Source: Lama guanicoe
Taxonomy: Eukaryota
Reading direction: 5' to 3'
Length of the DNA: 64,000 nt
Assembly (NCBI GenBank): GCA_013239625.1
Contig: MU053216.1
Coordinates: 2,880,943-2,944,942, forward strand
Shown piece after piece: positions 47,851 to 60,950 of this stretch. Made by a program: the position numbers and the translations under genes. Numbering within the stretch: the first letter of the stretch is position 1; every line of letters starts with the position of its first letter. The notes under the pieces are model-generated. The model had not been told where the DNA came from and made no database searches. It was given only the letters and a program-made list of their open reading frames with translations.

Positions 47851-48782
47851 TCCAGAGACAAGGTGATGAAGATCATGGAATAGGAAGACCCTAAATTCTC
47901 CTCCTCCCATGGACACACCAAAATTAGAACAACTTATAGAGCCATCTGTTGGAACAACCTTAAGACTAGCAGGAAAGCTTTTCCACAGTTAAAGACATAA
48001 AGAGGGAAACATAATGACCTGCAGTATAGTCGGGACGCCACACGCCCAGGGCAACAGCAAGCAGGGGGACAACCCTAACTGCAGACGTTCTCCCCAAGGA
48101 GCAAGGGGTCCAGGTCCCACACTGGGTTCCCAGTCTGAAGCTCCTGCACCAGGAAGACAAGCCCTCAGACCATCTGGCTTTGAAAACCAGCAGGTGTTAC
48201 TTTGGGAGAGCCAGATAGCTATAGGGAACAGAGACTCCACGTTTAAAGGGCGCTCACGAGATCTCACATGGCCGAGTCCCAGGGCAGAGGCAGCAGATTG
48301 ACAGGAGTCTGCATCAGACACATTTGCTGATCTGGAGAGCCTTCTGGAGAGTCAGGAAGCAAGTAAGACTCTTCCTGGGGGAAGGGGACAGTGGTGGCAG
48401 GCACTCCGGGGAGCTCAGTCTGTGGCGATAACACCAGCGCTGGCAAGCACCATCTGGAGTCTCACTCCAGCCTACTGGTGTTGAAGGCCCAGTCCCACCC
48501 TCGCGCAGGTGCACAGCACCCTGTGTCCCCGGGACCATGCGGTCAACCGTGGGGGAAGCCTACCCTGTCTTCCAGCGCGCTCACAGCCAACATATGAGGC
48601 AGGGCCTGCCAGTCAGCAGGGCCGGGGGCCAGCCCCACCCACCCACAGTGGCCCCACAGTGGCCCCACAGTAGTTGGTCCCAGAACAACAGAAGGGTGCA
48701 GGCAGCCCCCATATGAAGTGAGCGTATTGTACACCTGAGACATATGAGATTGTACATCAGCTATATTTCAATGAGAAAAAAA
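47851..48782 (+). mobile_element. L1-derived insert: ~870 bp 5'UTR joined directly to ~55 bp 3' terminus
   Basis: Starts aagatcatggaataggaagaccctaaattctcctcctcccatggacacaccaaaatta (laurasiatherian L1 5' end) and ends ttgtacacctgagacatatgagattgtacatcagctatatttcaatgagaaaaa. Confidence 0.65.
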
Positions 48783-50960
48783 GATCTTCTCCATTGATGC
48801 TGAAAATGAACTTGACAAAATTCAACATCTTTTCTGATGAAAATTATCTACAACAGTTGAGAAAGAAAGGAACTTCCTTAACCTAAGAAAAGGCATCAGT
48901 GGAAATCCTGCAGCCAGCAAGTTCTTAATGGTGAAAAATAAACACTTTCCCCTGAGATCAGAAATGAGATTGGATGTCCACGCCCACCACCCCCTTTCAT
49001 CGTATGAAGGACTCCAAGCACTAAGCACGGAGCAGCCAGACCAAGACCACCCCGAGCACTAAGAGAGAAGCACGGTTGTCTTCATTGAAGACAACGTGAG
49101 CATCTTCATAAAAAACGTGATGGACAGTACACCACTGGGGGAAAAGTTAATTTAGACACGGTGCAGAAGAAGATCAAAATTGCATTTCTGTATAATAGCA
49201 GTGAACAATCAGAATCGAAATGCTTAAAAATACTATTTACAATAGCATTTAAAAAATTAATTACTTTGAGATGAATCTGACAAAAGATAGGTATGCTCTA
49301 TAAACTGAAAGCTGTGAAACATGGCTGAAAGAAATCAAAGGGAATTTAAGCAAATAGGGAGAGGTTCTTGGCTTTTGGTCAGAAAATAAGATTTTTTTTT
49401 AATATTGATTTTTCTCAAATTGTTCCATAGATTCAATGTAGTCCCGATCAAAATCCCTGGACTTTTCTGTACAAATTGATAATCTGGTTCTAAAAGTTGC
49501 ATGGAAATTCAAGGGACCTGGAAAAGCCAGAACAATTTTGAAAAAGAAGAGCAAAGGAGGATTCATTTTACCTGATTTCAAGACTAGAGAATTAAGGAAA
49601 GGGTGGCATTGGTATAAAGATGGACAAAAATCAATGGAACAAAGAGTGTCCAGAAACAGGCCCAAACGTAGGTGGACAACTGATTTTTGGCAAAGATGGA
49701 AAGACAATTCTGTGGTGGAAAGACTGTCTTTTTGGCAAATGGCACACAGACAAGTGGATAATTATATTTGAGATGTATACTTTGAGTCACACTTCACACC
49801 ACATACAAAAATTGAGTAAAAAGGGATTCTACACCTAAATGCTAAACCAAAAACTCTAATGTTTCTGGGGGGAAAAAGAGAATCTTTGTTATCTTGTGTT
49901 AGGCAAAGATTTCTATTGATATAACACCAAAAATATATCAATAAAGGAAAAAAATTGAATAACTGAATTTCATTAAAGTTTAAAATTCTCATCTTCCAAA
50001 ACTACTATTAAGATAACGAAACGACTGTTAAAATGATGAAAAGTCAGACTGGGAGAATGTTTTCAAATGATAAATGAAATAAGAAACTTGTATTCAAAAT
50101 ATAAAGAACTCCCAAAACTCAATAATAAGGAGAAAAAAGCCCAATTTTTAAAATAAAAACATTTTCTGAAGAGCCATTTCAACAAAGAGTTTATGTGGAT
50201 AAGAAGAGAACCACATGAATGGATACTCAGTTTAATTAGTCATTGGGGAAATTCAAATTAAAACTGCAAGTTACCATTCCTCTTACAAGAGCGAAAATTA
50301 AAAATGCTGACCATACTGAGTGTTGGCAGGAATGCGGAGCAAATGTGATTCTCATACATCAAGGGTGGAAGTAGAAAATGGTGCAGCCACTTGGCAAAAC
50401 TGTTTGGCATCTTTTTAAAGAAATTAAATGTATGTGTATTATATATTCTAACCAATCCTCTTCGTACTGAGACTCATACAAAAGTGTTCCTAGCAGTTTT
50501 CTTTGTGATGGCCCCAAATGGCAAGAAGCCAAGTGCCATCACAGGGGAACAGACAAGCAAGCGCAAGCCTGTTCACACGATGGAGCACTGCCCAGGAAGG
50601 GCGGCACCGTCTGACACTAACACTCAGCAAGGTGGATCTCAGAGCAAGTAAGCGGGGTGAATGAAGCCAGGTGAAAATGAGTACCTGCTGTGGGATTCTA
50701 TTAATATAAAGCCAAAGGATACAACCTGCTTTATAGTAACAGAAGGCAGATCGGTGCTTGCCTCTGGGCAGAGCTGGGTGGGGAGACCCGGGACAGAAGG
50801 ATCCGCTGGGCACCCTGGAAACTTTCGGCGGTGTTGTATCTGTTTACAGCCTTGAATATGGTGATGGTTTCACAGATACGTACATGTGTCAAAACATTAA
50901 ATTGTACACTTTAAATATGTGCACTTTATTGTATGGCAATTATGCCTCAATAAAATCTGT
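48783..50960 (+). mobile_element. Continuation of the old L1: RT/C-terminal ORF2 relic and 3'UTR
   Basis: tccattgatgctgaaaatgaacttgacaaaattcaacatc (SIDAEKAFDKIQH-like); ggaggattcattttacctgatttcaagact (GGxxLPDFK); 3' end ttgtacactttaaatatgtgc...cctcaataaaa. Confidence 0.9.
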
Positions 50961-51607
50961 CTTTAGAGGAGAAGTGAATGGGATTCAGGTTGCAGCTAGA
51001 GACGGTGTAGCCACCGTCTTGATGGTGATAGTTCATGAGTCTCTTAAGAGGAGTTCAATGACTCTGCTAGCGATGTGTGCAGAACTTGAGCGCTACCATG
51101 TATTTATAGTCGGACTGCTGGGCTCTGAATCCCACCCGAGTGAACTTGGCAGGGGTAGCTCTTTGGCAAGATGGCTCCTCCAGCCTCACGAGGGAACTGT
51201 CGGGAGCATTTAGCTGATCCCATCGCAAGTGCTCAGTGAATGTTCGCTGTTATATTTTTATGTTAAAATTTGGGTGGTTACGGGGAGTGGGTTTCACAGC
51301 TTTGATCAGCTGCTAGTGGAGCCCCAGGACTCAGAAAGTCAACAGTTTCTCTGATAATTGAAGCTGTGGAAGGAAATGAAAGAGGTCGGAGCCGTGGGGG
51401 AGCATCTGAGCGCAATGACGAGAAGAGGAGGAACCAGATGAGACAACTGAGAAGTGACACGGAGGAAACCAGGAAATGACAGGGTCCCAGAAACTAAAAG
51501 AGGAAATATTTTCAAGAAAAAAAAATGTTATTAAATCATGCAGCCCTGTGATAGAAGCTCAAATAGAAGAAAGATCTGTTGGATTTGACAACACATGTTG
51601 TGCTGCC

Positions 51608-51720
51608 TTTTTTGAGATTTAATTGACATCTAACATTATATTAGTTTCAGGTGTACAACATAATGATATGATATTTGTATATATTGTAAAATAATCAGCA
51701 CCGTAAGTCTAGTTAACATT
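51608..51720 (-). mobile_element. L1 (L1MA-like) 3' terminus inside an antisense L2 relic
   Basis: gagatttaattgacatctaacattatattagtttcaggtgtacaacataatgat. Confidence 0.75.
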
Positions 51721-52256
51721 GACCCTTGACAGAGTAGTCCCACCAGAGAGGCGGGAAGCAGGCACGTGGTCGGGTCCTGCGAATAAATGTTCAGGAAGTG
51801 TAGCTATTTTTAGAGACCTTTTCAAGAAATTTAGAAATGAATGGGAAAAAGAAGAAGGAGGAGGCTATAGCTGTAGGTGTTAGCAGGGCAAAGAGAGTAT
51901 TTCCCACGGTAAGGAACACCTGAGCATGTTTTCAGGACAAAGGGAAGAGGCCAGGAAAGAACAGGTGATTGGAAACGGAAAAAACAAAACAAAACAAAGT
52001 GAATTCTTTCAAAGACAGGTAGGGCACACATGGAAGTCCTAGAAAATACCCCAAATCTTACATTTTATGGAAGCTGGAGAGAAAAAAAAAAGGAATAGTG
52101 AGGACCAGAGGCATCTGAGCTGGACACTATTGTACAGCTGCGCCTTCATCATCATAGTGGTTACCAAAGTCATGATCAGAGAGAGCAGAGAGCCCAGCTG
52201 ATGTCGCCAGCACCAGAACGGTAAGGCAAACCAGCCTGAATTGTCAGGAGTTTGCC

Positions 52257-52546
52257 CACAGACATAGAAAACACACGTACGGTCACCAGGGGAGTGGGAA
52301 GGGCTAATCTGGGAGTTCAAGATTTGCAGATATTAACTACTATATGTAAATTAGATAAACAAGTTCATACTGCACAGCACAGGGAACTATATTTAAAATC
52401 TTGTAGTAACTTACGGTGAAAAAGAATATGAAGACAAATACGTGTATGTACATGTATGACTGAAACATGATGCTGTGCACCAGAAAGTGACACAACATTG
52501 TAAACTGACTAGACTTCAATTTTAAAAAAAGTTATCCCCCCCAAAA
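52257..52546 (+). mobile_element. L1 3' end (cetartiodactyl type)
   Basis: cacagacatagaaaacac...gggagttcaagatttgcagat...cacaacattgtaaactgactagacttcaat; imperfect flanking a(g/a)gagtttg. Confidence 0.88.
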
Positions 52547-53968
52547 AGAGTTTGATGTTACCACATAGGTGATGTACTGTATGTGTATCTGTTGAAGAAT
52601 TTAGAGATAAAGAGTACTGCAGTCTCATACACCTGACCCAGATATAATGAACCTAATAAAATGTTAGATGGCCATTATATCTCAGCTAGCCCTTGGTTCT
52701 GGTTCTGCTTCTGTCCCGTGGCCTTGGATGAGATGCTTTGCCTTGGTGAAACACAGGGTCCACTATAAACTTTGATTCAGGTCAAATTAAATATTTTTAT
52801 TTCAATTCCAGAGATGAAAAAAAAATCCTTTGTTTAATGTGGCTTGCCAAGTTTCTTTTTTTTTAAAATTCAATCGATGAGAATAAATACATCAGAAAGC
52901 ATAAAGTTAACTGGCAAGCCCTGTACCTGTGAGTTCAAGCCAGTTGCAGCTCCTGCAGTCACTTTAATTTTATCATACGAAGCTAGAAGCGGCCGTCTGT
53001 CCGGCCACATCCTCCCCCACCACAGAGGCAGCCACTGCAAATACAATGTGGAGTTTTATTTTAGGAATAAAATTGTAGACAGTTTATCTTCATGATACTT
53101 TCCAGGAACTTGACCACACATAGCGGAAAGGGGTCCTTTACTTGAGAAAGACTGGAGCTGAATAGTTACATGTATGAAGGCTCAGGAACCACAATCCTGG
53201 AATTTGAACTCTGGCCCCACTGCCTACTAATTCCAGGTGGGCCCCTCCAAGCTTCCTTCTCGCCATCAGGAAGACAGCTCTGGCGAACATTTTAATGGTA
53301 ACAGTTAACAAGGAATAACTTCACTATTCTTAACAGTAATACATTGCATCTTTCCATCTGGTCCTGTTGACACCTTATGGACAGAGCCAGAGATTCCTGG
53401 CAAAGTCAAGGGCCCCCGGCTCTAACAGAGGTCAGTAGCAGAGACTACGAAATTCTGGATTCAATCACACATGGGCCATTAAACACTGACTTTATAAAAT
53501 ATAAATAAATAAAACCACAAATCTGTTGGCTGAGTTTTGCCAGTCCATCTAGAACTGAACCGCCCCAGTCTGCTCTAACCAAGGCTGTAAACTGCCTATG
53601 ATTAAATTGTTTTTTCCTGTGGGAAGGAAACAAAGATACATTGAAGCCAGGCAGGTAACAGCATCCTTCTCCAGACTTTACGGAGCCAAATGTCATATTG
53701 CCAATCAATACAGAGCCACAGGGTTGTTTTTTAAATATCTTGCCACAGGAGTTGGCTTGCAGCCACGGGAGCAGAGCCGTGTAAAGGAAGCCGATATGCG
53801 AGGAAGGAGCGAATGTGTTTTGCCTCCCTGAAGTCTGCGTACTGCTATATGTTACTATACAATCAGTATTTTCAAAGAAAGTTGTAAATTTAGATCCCCC
53901 AGGTCAGAACTCCTGGAGTATGATTTTAGTCTAGGGAGGAAAATTCTGATATGACACTCTTATTTGAA

Positions 53969-54066
53969 ATTTTTTTTTTAATTGAAGTACAGTTAATTTG
54001 CAATGTTGTGTTAATTTCTGGTGTATAGCATAGTGACTCATTTATATATATATTCCTTTTCATATT
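53969..54066 (-). mobile_element. Short L1 3' end
   Basis: polyT + aattgaagtacagttaatttgcaatgttgtgttaatttctggtgtatagcatagtgactc. Confidence 0.85.
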
Positions 54067-54300
54067 GAGATCTTGAATCACCTCATGTGCCCATCCTAAT
54101 CATAAAGGGTTAGAGATCTAAATAGTGATATATTAAATTTTGCATATTTGGTTGAGTGATTTTAATTTTCATTATATTCTACACGTTTGGAGTTCTCTAC
54201 CCACTTATAAGTTTGTGCTGCGTGCAGTGTCTCCCTCCAAGAGGGATCCAGTTTTCAGATGTCAAAATCCAAGAAAACAAAAGATAATTAAAACTGAGGT

Positions 54301-54381
54301 GGGGGGTGGTATTATAGCTCAATGGCAGACCAGGTGGTTAGCATGCACGAGGTCCTGGGTTCAATCCCCGGGACCTCCATT

Positions 54382-54420
<39 letters not shown>
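54301..54420 (+). mobile_element. tRNA-derived SINE (vic-1-like) with (CA)n tail
   Basis: ggggggtggtattatagctcaatggcag...gcatgcacgaggtcctgggttcaatcccc, then (CA)n at ~54385-54417. Confidence 0.9.
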
Positions 54421-54422
<2 letters not shown>

Positions 54423-55463
54423 AAATCAAGGTGAATACCAAAGGAAGTTCAGGTGTGTAGTTTCTGAGCTCTGCTTTTACAGCTCAGTTTCTTCCCACGT
54501 ATATGTATTTTCTGACCTCACAAGAAGGCAGTATTCTTGCTACTTTATAATGATTTTCCAGCCAATAAATCAAAACACGTCATCTGGATTTTTTTTCTTT
54601 TTGGTGATAGAAGAAAACATTTTTCAAAAAGGCCATTCTGAGCTGCACTAGGAAGTAGAGAATTTAGGTTTGATTATTGTATTTGGAGATAATGTTGTAA
54701 AGCAGAAAGCCAGATTTTTGAGAATTCTATCCCCCATAAATAACCTGCCATGAATAAGAGAATATTTCCTGTTATTTGTGCTATATGAAATGGAAACCCT
54801 TCAGCAATACAATCAAGATAGGCATTGATATTTCTCAGATTGTGCTTTTTATCCTTTATTGTAACTCAGGCCTCTGAAAGGTTGAACAGGTGTATCTAGG
54901 GGTCAAGTAACATGAAACTTTGTCTTCTCCACTTACTTTTTCTCATTCCAGACATATAAGCATTTATTAATTTTTGTCTCTCTAGGGAACAACATTATAT
55001 CCTCCAAATATGCACAATAAATGTCACGGTTGCCCACAGGAGGGACATTTGTTTGTTCAGATGAGGGAGCAGTGGAGTGTGGTTATATATCTGGGGGAGT
55101 CAGGAAGGGTTTCAAAATGTCTTAAAATCATGTCCAGATGTTATAAATCTCTGATAACCCTTGGAGCTCAGATACTGCTTAGCAAATTCGTGTTGGGAAT
55201 ACATGCCACTTAAGTGAGCTGGTGCACTTCATTTCACTCACTGATATACAAATAGCAACACCATCAAGTCCTGCCTCCAACCCACAAGCGGGAGAGACTG
55301 TGTGGGGCAGCACCCTGTTCCTCAAACTGGGTTTATGCATCCCTCTGCAGACACGGATGGGAGGCAGGAGGGTCTGGGAAGAAAGCCACAGGATGAATCT
55401 GAAGCCTTTTGTGCAGTGGCCATTTTACTTAAGGGAGAGGGAGAGTCAAATAATTTAGGAAAG

Positions 55464-56058
55464 TCTAATTCGAAAGGACACATGGACCCCAGTGATCACA
55501 GCAGCACTATTTACAACAGCCAAGACATGGAAGAACCTAAATGTCCATGGACAGATGACTGGATAAAAAAGATATGGTATATACACAATGGAATACTACT
55601 CAGCCATAAAAAGAGTAAAATAAGGCCATTAACAGTGACATCAGGGGAACTGGAGATCATCATACTGAGTGAAGTAAGCCAGAAAGAGAAAGAAAAATAT
55701 CATATGATATCTGTTATATGTGGACTCTTATAAAAAGACACAAATGAACTTATTTACAAAGCAGAAACAGATTCACAGACATAGAAAACAAACTTATGGT
55801 TACCACGGGGGAAAGAGGGTGAGAAGGGATAAGCTGGGAGTTTGAGATTTGCAGTTAGTAACTACTATATATAAAACAGATAAACAGCAAGGTCCTACTG
55901 TAGAGCACAGGGGTCTACATTCAATACCCTGTAATAGCCTATCATGAAAAGGAGATTTATATATATACATAACTGAATCACTATGCTATCCACCAGAAAT
56001 TAATACATTGTAAATCAACTATACCTCAATTAAAAAACATAAAAATAAAATAAATTAA
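55464..56058 (+). mobile_element. L1 ORF2 C-terminus + 3'UTR
   Basis: ORF 55302-55733 ends in ...PKCPWTDDWIKKIWYI...LEIIILSEVSQKEKEKYHMIS (L1 ORF2 C-terminus), followed by a typical 3'UTR and A tail. Confidence 0.92.
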
Positions 56059-56479
56059 ATTGGTACATTACTTAAAAAGATAATATTGAAGCAAACATGT
56101 AATGGAGGAGCACACTAAAGTTATACAAATTTTAAGGTAATTTTAAGATAAACAAGATTCCGATACTCCACTGAAATGCCAGGTTGGGCAGGACATGCTT
56201 GGCTGTGTGCAGCATCCTGTCCCCTCCTGGGCTGACAATTTCTTCTGCTGCTAAGACTCCTTGGTGGGAAAGGGGAGGAAATAAAGTAAAGCTCGGGTCA
56301 CACCGAGCTTCTGGCTCCTCCACTGCGAGCGATGTGAACCTGGTCAAGACCTGCTCAAAGGAGATACAAAATGGCCAAAATGCTGCCGCCAACCCATATC
56401 ACACAAATCTGTAACAAGACTCAAACAGGATGGTATACGGAAAAGCCCTTTGGGAACTGGAAAAGAAAGGTAGATTTTT

Positions 56480-57000
56480 TTTCCATCTATTTATTCTTTT
56501 ATTTGGCAGACGTTGAGCATTTACTATGTGACGAAACTCCAGTAGGTAAGGTTCTTGTCCTCAAGGAGCGTCCGGGCTGTAAGAAAAGGAAACAAATGAG
56601 TCGGTCGCTTCAACTCAGTTCTGGAGGCCAGGGATAGAGGTTTCTCCGAGTTTAGTGCTGACATACAAGGGAAGACCTGATGGTCGAGGCATAAGCCACA
56701 GAAGACAGCCCAGCAAAGTGCCCTCTGGGCAGAGGGGACGCTCGGAGGCCCAGAGCAGGAGCATGTGTTGTTCATCAGAGGGACGCCTTGCCGAGGAATA
56801 GCATTTGGAGAAGTCAGTGCAGTTGCATGTTTCTCTCCAGCAGTATTTCATGTGAAGTGGACACAATAAAATCGATTTATTTTTGAGGTTCAGTGTTTTA
56901 CCAGGTGATCCCAAAAGGGGATTTGAATGCATAAACAAAGAAGTGATGGAACAGAAGAGCAGGGGGTGGTTGGAGAGAACACATGATAAAGTCGGCGTGA
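56480..57000 (-). mobile_element. LINE-2 relic
   Basis: gttgagcatttactatgtg; cttgtcctcaaggagc. Confidence 0.55.
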
Positions 57001-57374
57001 GTTGGAGAATTCCCCAGGAGAGATGCTCAAGCAGCCAGAACACATGAGGATTCGTCACATTAAAACGGAACTCAAAGGGGAAACGCAGGTTACAAAGCCA
57101 CCTGTAGAGCATCCTGTCCTTTTTATAAACCTTAAATACTTGGGAGGATACACAACAAAATGCTAGTGGTTACTGCGGGGGCAGAATTATGAGCCAGCTT
57201 CATTGTCCCTGTCTTCCACATTTTCCAAGTTTTCTTCATCGAATATATATTGCTTTTGTAATTGAGAGAAAATAAAAAAACAGATGTGGTAGCGCAGAAA
57301 GAGGGGAGTGAAACCGAGCAGGTAATTAAAAAGAACCATTCCCAGACCCGAAGAAACGAAGGGTGACACTGGGC

Positions 57375-57700
57375 ACCCAGGCGGGCTCTGAAGTGGGCGG
57401 ACGTGCCTCGTTTACTGCGCGCCCTTCGCGCCTCCGCCCCGCCCCGCCCCCGCCTCTCTCACCCGGAAACGCGCATGAAATCTCACACGCGGTGAGAAAC
57501 TCACACACACGCACACACACTCTCGCTCCTGCACTTCCTCCTTCTCGACAGGAAGCCTGAAATACTGTGAACGCAGGCAACCCCACCCAGGGCATCTCAG
57601 TGCACCTCTGCGCACCTCTGCGCATCTCTGCGCGGCGGTGGCTGGTTTCGTGGGGCCCTTGGGTCACGTGGGGGGCTTTGGCACGGGTTCATGCAGCGGC
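57375..57700. promoter_or_regulatory. CpG-rich promoter/enhancer-like element
   Basis: Tandem GC boxes ccgccccgccccgcccccgcc (~57434-57454); ETS cores ccggaaac, cacttcctcc and caggaagc within ~130 bp. Confidence 0.55.
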
Positions 57701-60669
57701 GAGGCTGGCTTAAGTCAAGTAAATGTAAAAGCAAAGCATCTTCCCCTCCTGCTTCCACCTTTCCACCCCCTTCTTCCCTGCCGGTAAAACACGACAAGAG
57801 GGATAAACGCAGGCCCTTTTCCAGGCCTGGCGGGGAGCCGTGACAGACAACTGGCCAGTGCATCCTCCCCCCACATTCCGGAGATGCTGCTCTGAGTAAC
57901 TCGTTGCTGCCACTATCCAGGCAGTGAGCAACTTCTTTCCAAAAGGTCGTCCTCCTGCAACCCAGAGACTGCTTTCCCTACACCCCGGGCAGCCCCTGTC
58001 ACCTGTGGCCCCGGATCCATGTCCGCTGCGATGCAGCACGTGCGCCTGGCCACTGAAACGTTTTTATCTTCAGTTCAGGGAAGGGGTGACCGGTGCAAAC
58101 CGGGCTCAGATCGCTCTCCTTCGTGAACCCCTGTTGGTCATGCCCTTCCACCTGGAGCCCCGCTCTCTGACTCCCATTCCTTTGGGGCTAGCCTATCCCT
58201 CCTCCTCCAAGGGCTGCGTTTTAATTGACCCCCACGTCGGCCCTCGGGAAGTAGGACTGCTTTGTTGAGGGAGTAGGTCTCGGTCTAGTTTCAGGTGGAC
58301 AGGAGGGACCCTACACTCAGCCGGGTGGGGGTTTGTAGATTGTGGCACAAATGTTTCGATTTTCTTTCCCAAACCCTTCTGCTGTCATTCTGTGGGCACT
58401 TGCCTTACTCATTCTAGGAAACGCAGTACACGTGCCTTCAGAAGGACTTGAGAGCTTAAAGGAAACCAAGGCAGTGTGCACAAGGCGTCCTGTTAGCTGA
58501 GGAGCGGCCCCATCTGCGTGGACAGCAATGACCCCAGCCCTGACGCAGATAGACTGCGTCCAGATTCCTCCAGGGCCACTTTTAGCTGTGTGACTTTTAG
58601 AAAATGAAGGATGTGAACACCAATTTCCTTAACTAAAAATGGGGCTCCAGTCACCTACCACCGTTGCTTTGACATTTCCAGGAGCTGAGAGACCACACAG
58701 CTCCCAGCACAGTGACTGGCGAGAGTGCAGAGTCATTCTGTCCCCTCCGCCTGTGCCTTCATTGGGGAGTGACTGTCCTTTCCTCTGTCAGAGGTCAGCT
58801 GTAATATCTGCACATCTTTAACCTAAGTAAACAGGGACACACCCCAAGACCAAACTTTTTGGGGTCCTGCCTAAGGATCCAGATGAGGATTGTCAAGGGG
58901 TGGTCCACCTGTCCAGAACTTCTTGGAAATAATCTAAGGCCAACTTGAGGGCAGATTCAAACACTCAGTTGGTTCTAGAATCAATCCGATTTTCTTGGGT
59001 AGCAAAGAACCTCCTTCAGGCCCTTTATAAGCCAAGCCCACCCCGAACCCCTCGGATCCGGCCCAGCCTACAACTGAAGCCCGAAGGAGGAGGAGGCGGC
59101 GGCGGAGGAGGAAACGCAGGAGACATAAACAAGAAAACAGAATTAGCTGAATTCCTTGCAGGGGAGACCGAAAAAAAAGAATCACTCTGTTAAGGTTCAC
59201 TTTCTGGAAGCCTGCGGTCCTGTATTACACCATTAGCCTGGAGACACAAATCTCTGCCAAAATAAATGCTTTCTACTACTTCAGTGAGGTGTCAAAGTTT
59301 CTTTCAAAGTTACCGAATTTAACATTTTCTAATTGAGCTCAAAAAATCAGAAACTGCCTTAGATCGTATTTTGTTTAATGTAACCTCTCTCTCTCCTCTA
59401 TCTGAGAACATTTCTTTCTCCAACTCTTCTTTTCCCCAAAGTAAGAAAGGAAAGATACTCTCCAGATGCCAGAGCAGATACTCCCAGAAACAGCCCTCCA
59501 GATAGACTCACATGAATGGAAAATCAAGGCGGGTATAAGATTAAACCAAGAGCGCGAGCAGCTTGCCTGGGGTCGGCCACTTTTTCTGACTCGCTCGCTT
59601 AGAGGCTGCCTCGGTTTCTTTTCGGACGTGGCTTTTGAACTGGCGCGCCCTGAATTTTCCAAACTGTGTGGTGAGGGGTGTCACATGCTTCCGTTTGTCT
59701 CCTTGTCCTCAAGATCACAGTAAAGAGAAGGGACACAAAAGACAGTCAAAAGAAACTGAGACCCATCCCGGCAACAGCCCCAGCAGCGGCAGAGGAACCA
59801 GGGCTGTGGAGGCGACACCATCGATGATGCGTGTGCCACGGTCAAGGCGCCTGCTTTCCTTTCGTTAAATGCTTAGCTTCCCTTAATAAATCCAGATTCA
59901 GAAAAGCCACAGCAGATTGCAGGAAGGGCCGAGGTAAATTTTTCTGAGTGTTTCTCTGCCGGACCAAATACTGGTAATCTCAGGCAGAACGGTCTGGAAG
60001 CTCTTTGGAGTCAGGCAGGCTCTTCAACACTGGAAGCTTCGAGGGAAGGGAGATTTTGAAAGCACAGACCCAAATCCCCAATTTGATTCGAATCCTCCAA
60101 GTAGCAGATTACCGGTGCACAGGGCACCTGCGTTCCCACAATTCTGCATTCGATCGAGGCCTCCGGGTCCCTAAGGGCAGCCCCGGCACTGGCCTCCTGG
60201 GAGACAGGGCGTCATGGGCGGTGGTTTTACCTAAAGCCTTTGTATCTCACAGTGATGACGCTGACCTGGTTCCCCATGATAGTCTTAGCACCCGGAATAG
60301 TGCCCATACGTAGCAGCAAATGCTCGCTCTCAGTGAATCTGGGAAAGTAGGGCTTCCATCACGATAGACCCTTCGCTACTTTTTGTGCGTCATTGCACTT
60401 AAATTACAAGCTCGCCGTCACCCTGCAGGCATTAGGTCTCACTGTCCCCATTTTACAGTTAAGAAGATACACCACAGAAAGATTGAGCAACTTGTCCAAC
60501 CTAGGAAAAAAAGCTGTTTGAGTCCAAAAGTCCTGTAACGAGGCACCATCCTCTCACTCATCCTCAGTCTTAAAATCACGGGTGAATGAAGAGCTATTTG
60601 GTCGTGGTCCTAATGGCAACAAAATAATTACCTCAAGTGATCTAAAACGTCCATTCAAAAAAATCGAAT

Positions 60670-60950
60670 GTTCCTGTGTTTCCTCATGCGTTCAGGCAAC
60701 AGATATTTAAGTGCCTGCTGCTCTGTCCCAAGGACATCGCCAGGTTCTGGGGAAGCGGACAAAGAAGACTCGAGTCCCTGACCTTGGAGAGCTGGAGAGA
60801 CCCACAGGACGGTGGGAAATCGTCACCCAGAGGACGGAGCACCGCGTGAGAGAGAAGCACGGGGAGCCTGGTGTGCGGGGGGAGACCCTGGGCCCCTTCC
60901 TCCAAAACTATCAGACGGATGGGGAGGATTAAGAAGCGGAGGCTGGAAGC
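60670..60950 (-). mobile_element. LINE-2 3' end
   Basis: caacagatatttaagtgcctgctgctctgtcccaaggaca...gtccctgaccttggagagct. Confidence 0.6.
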
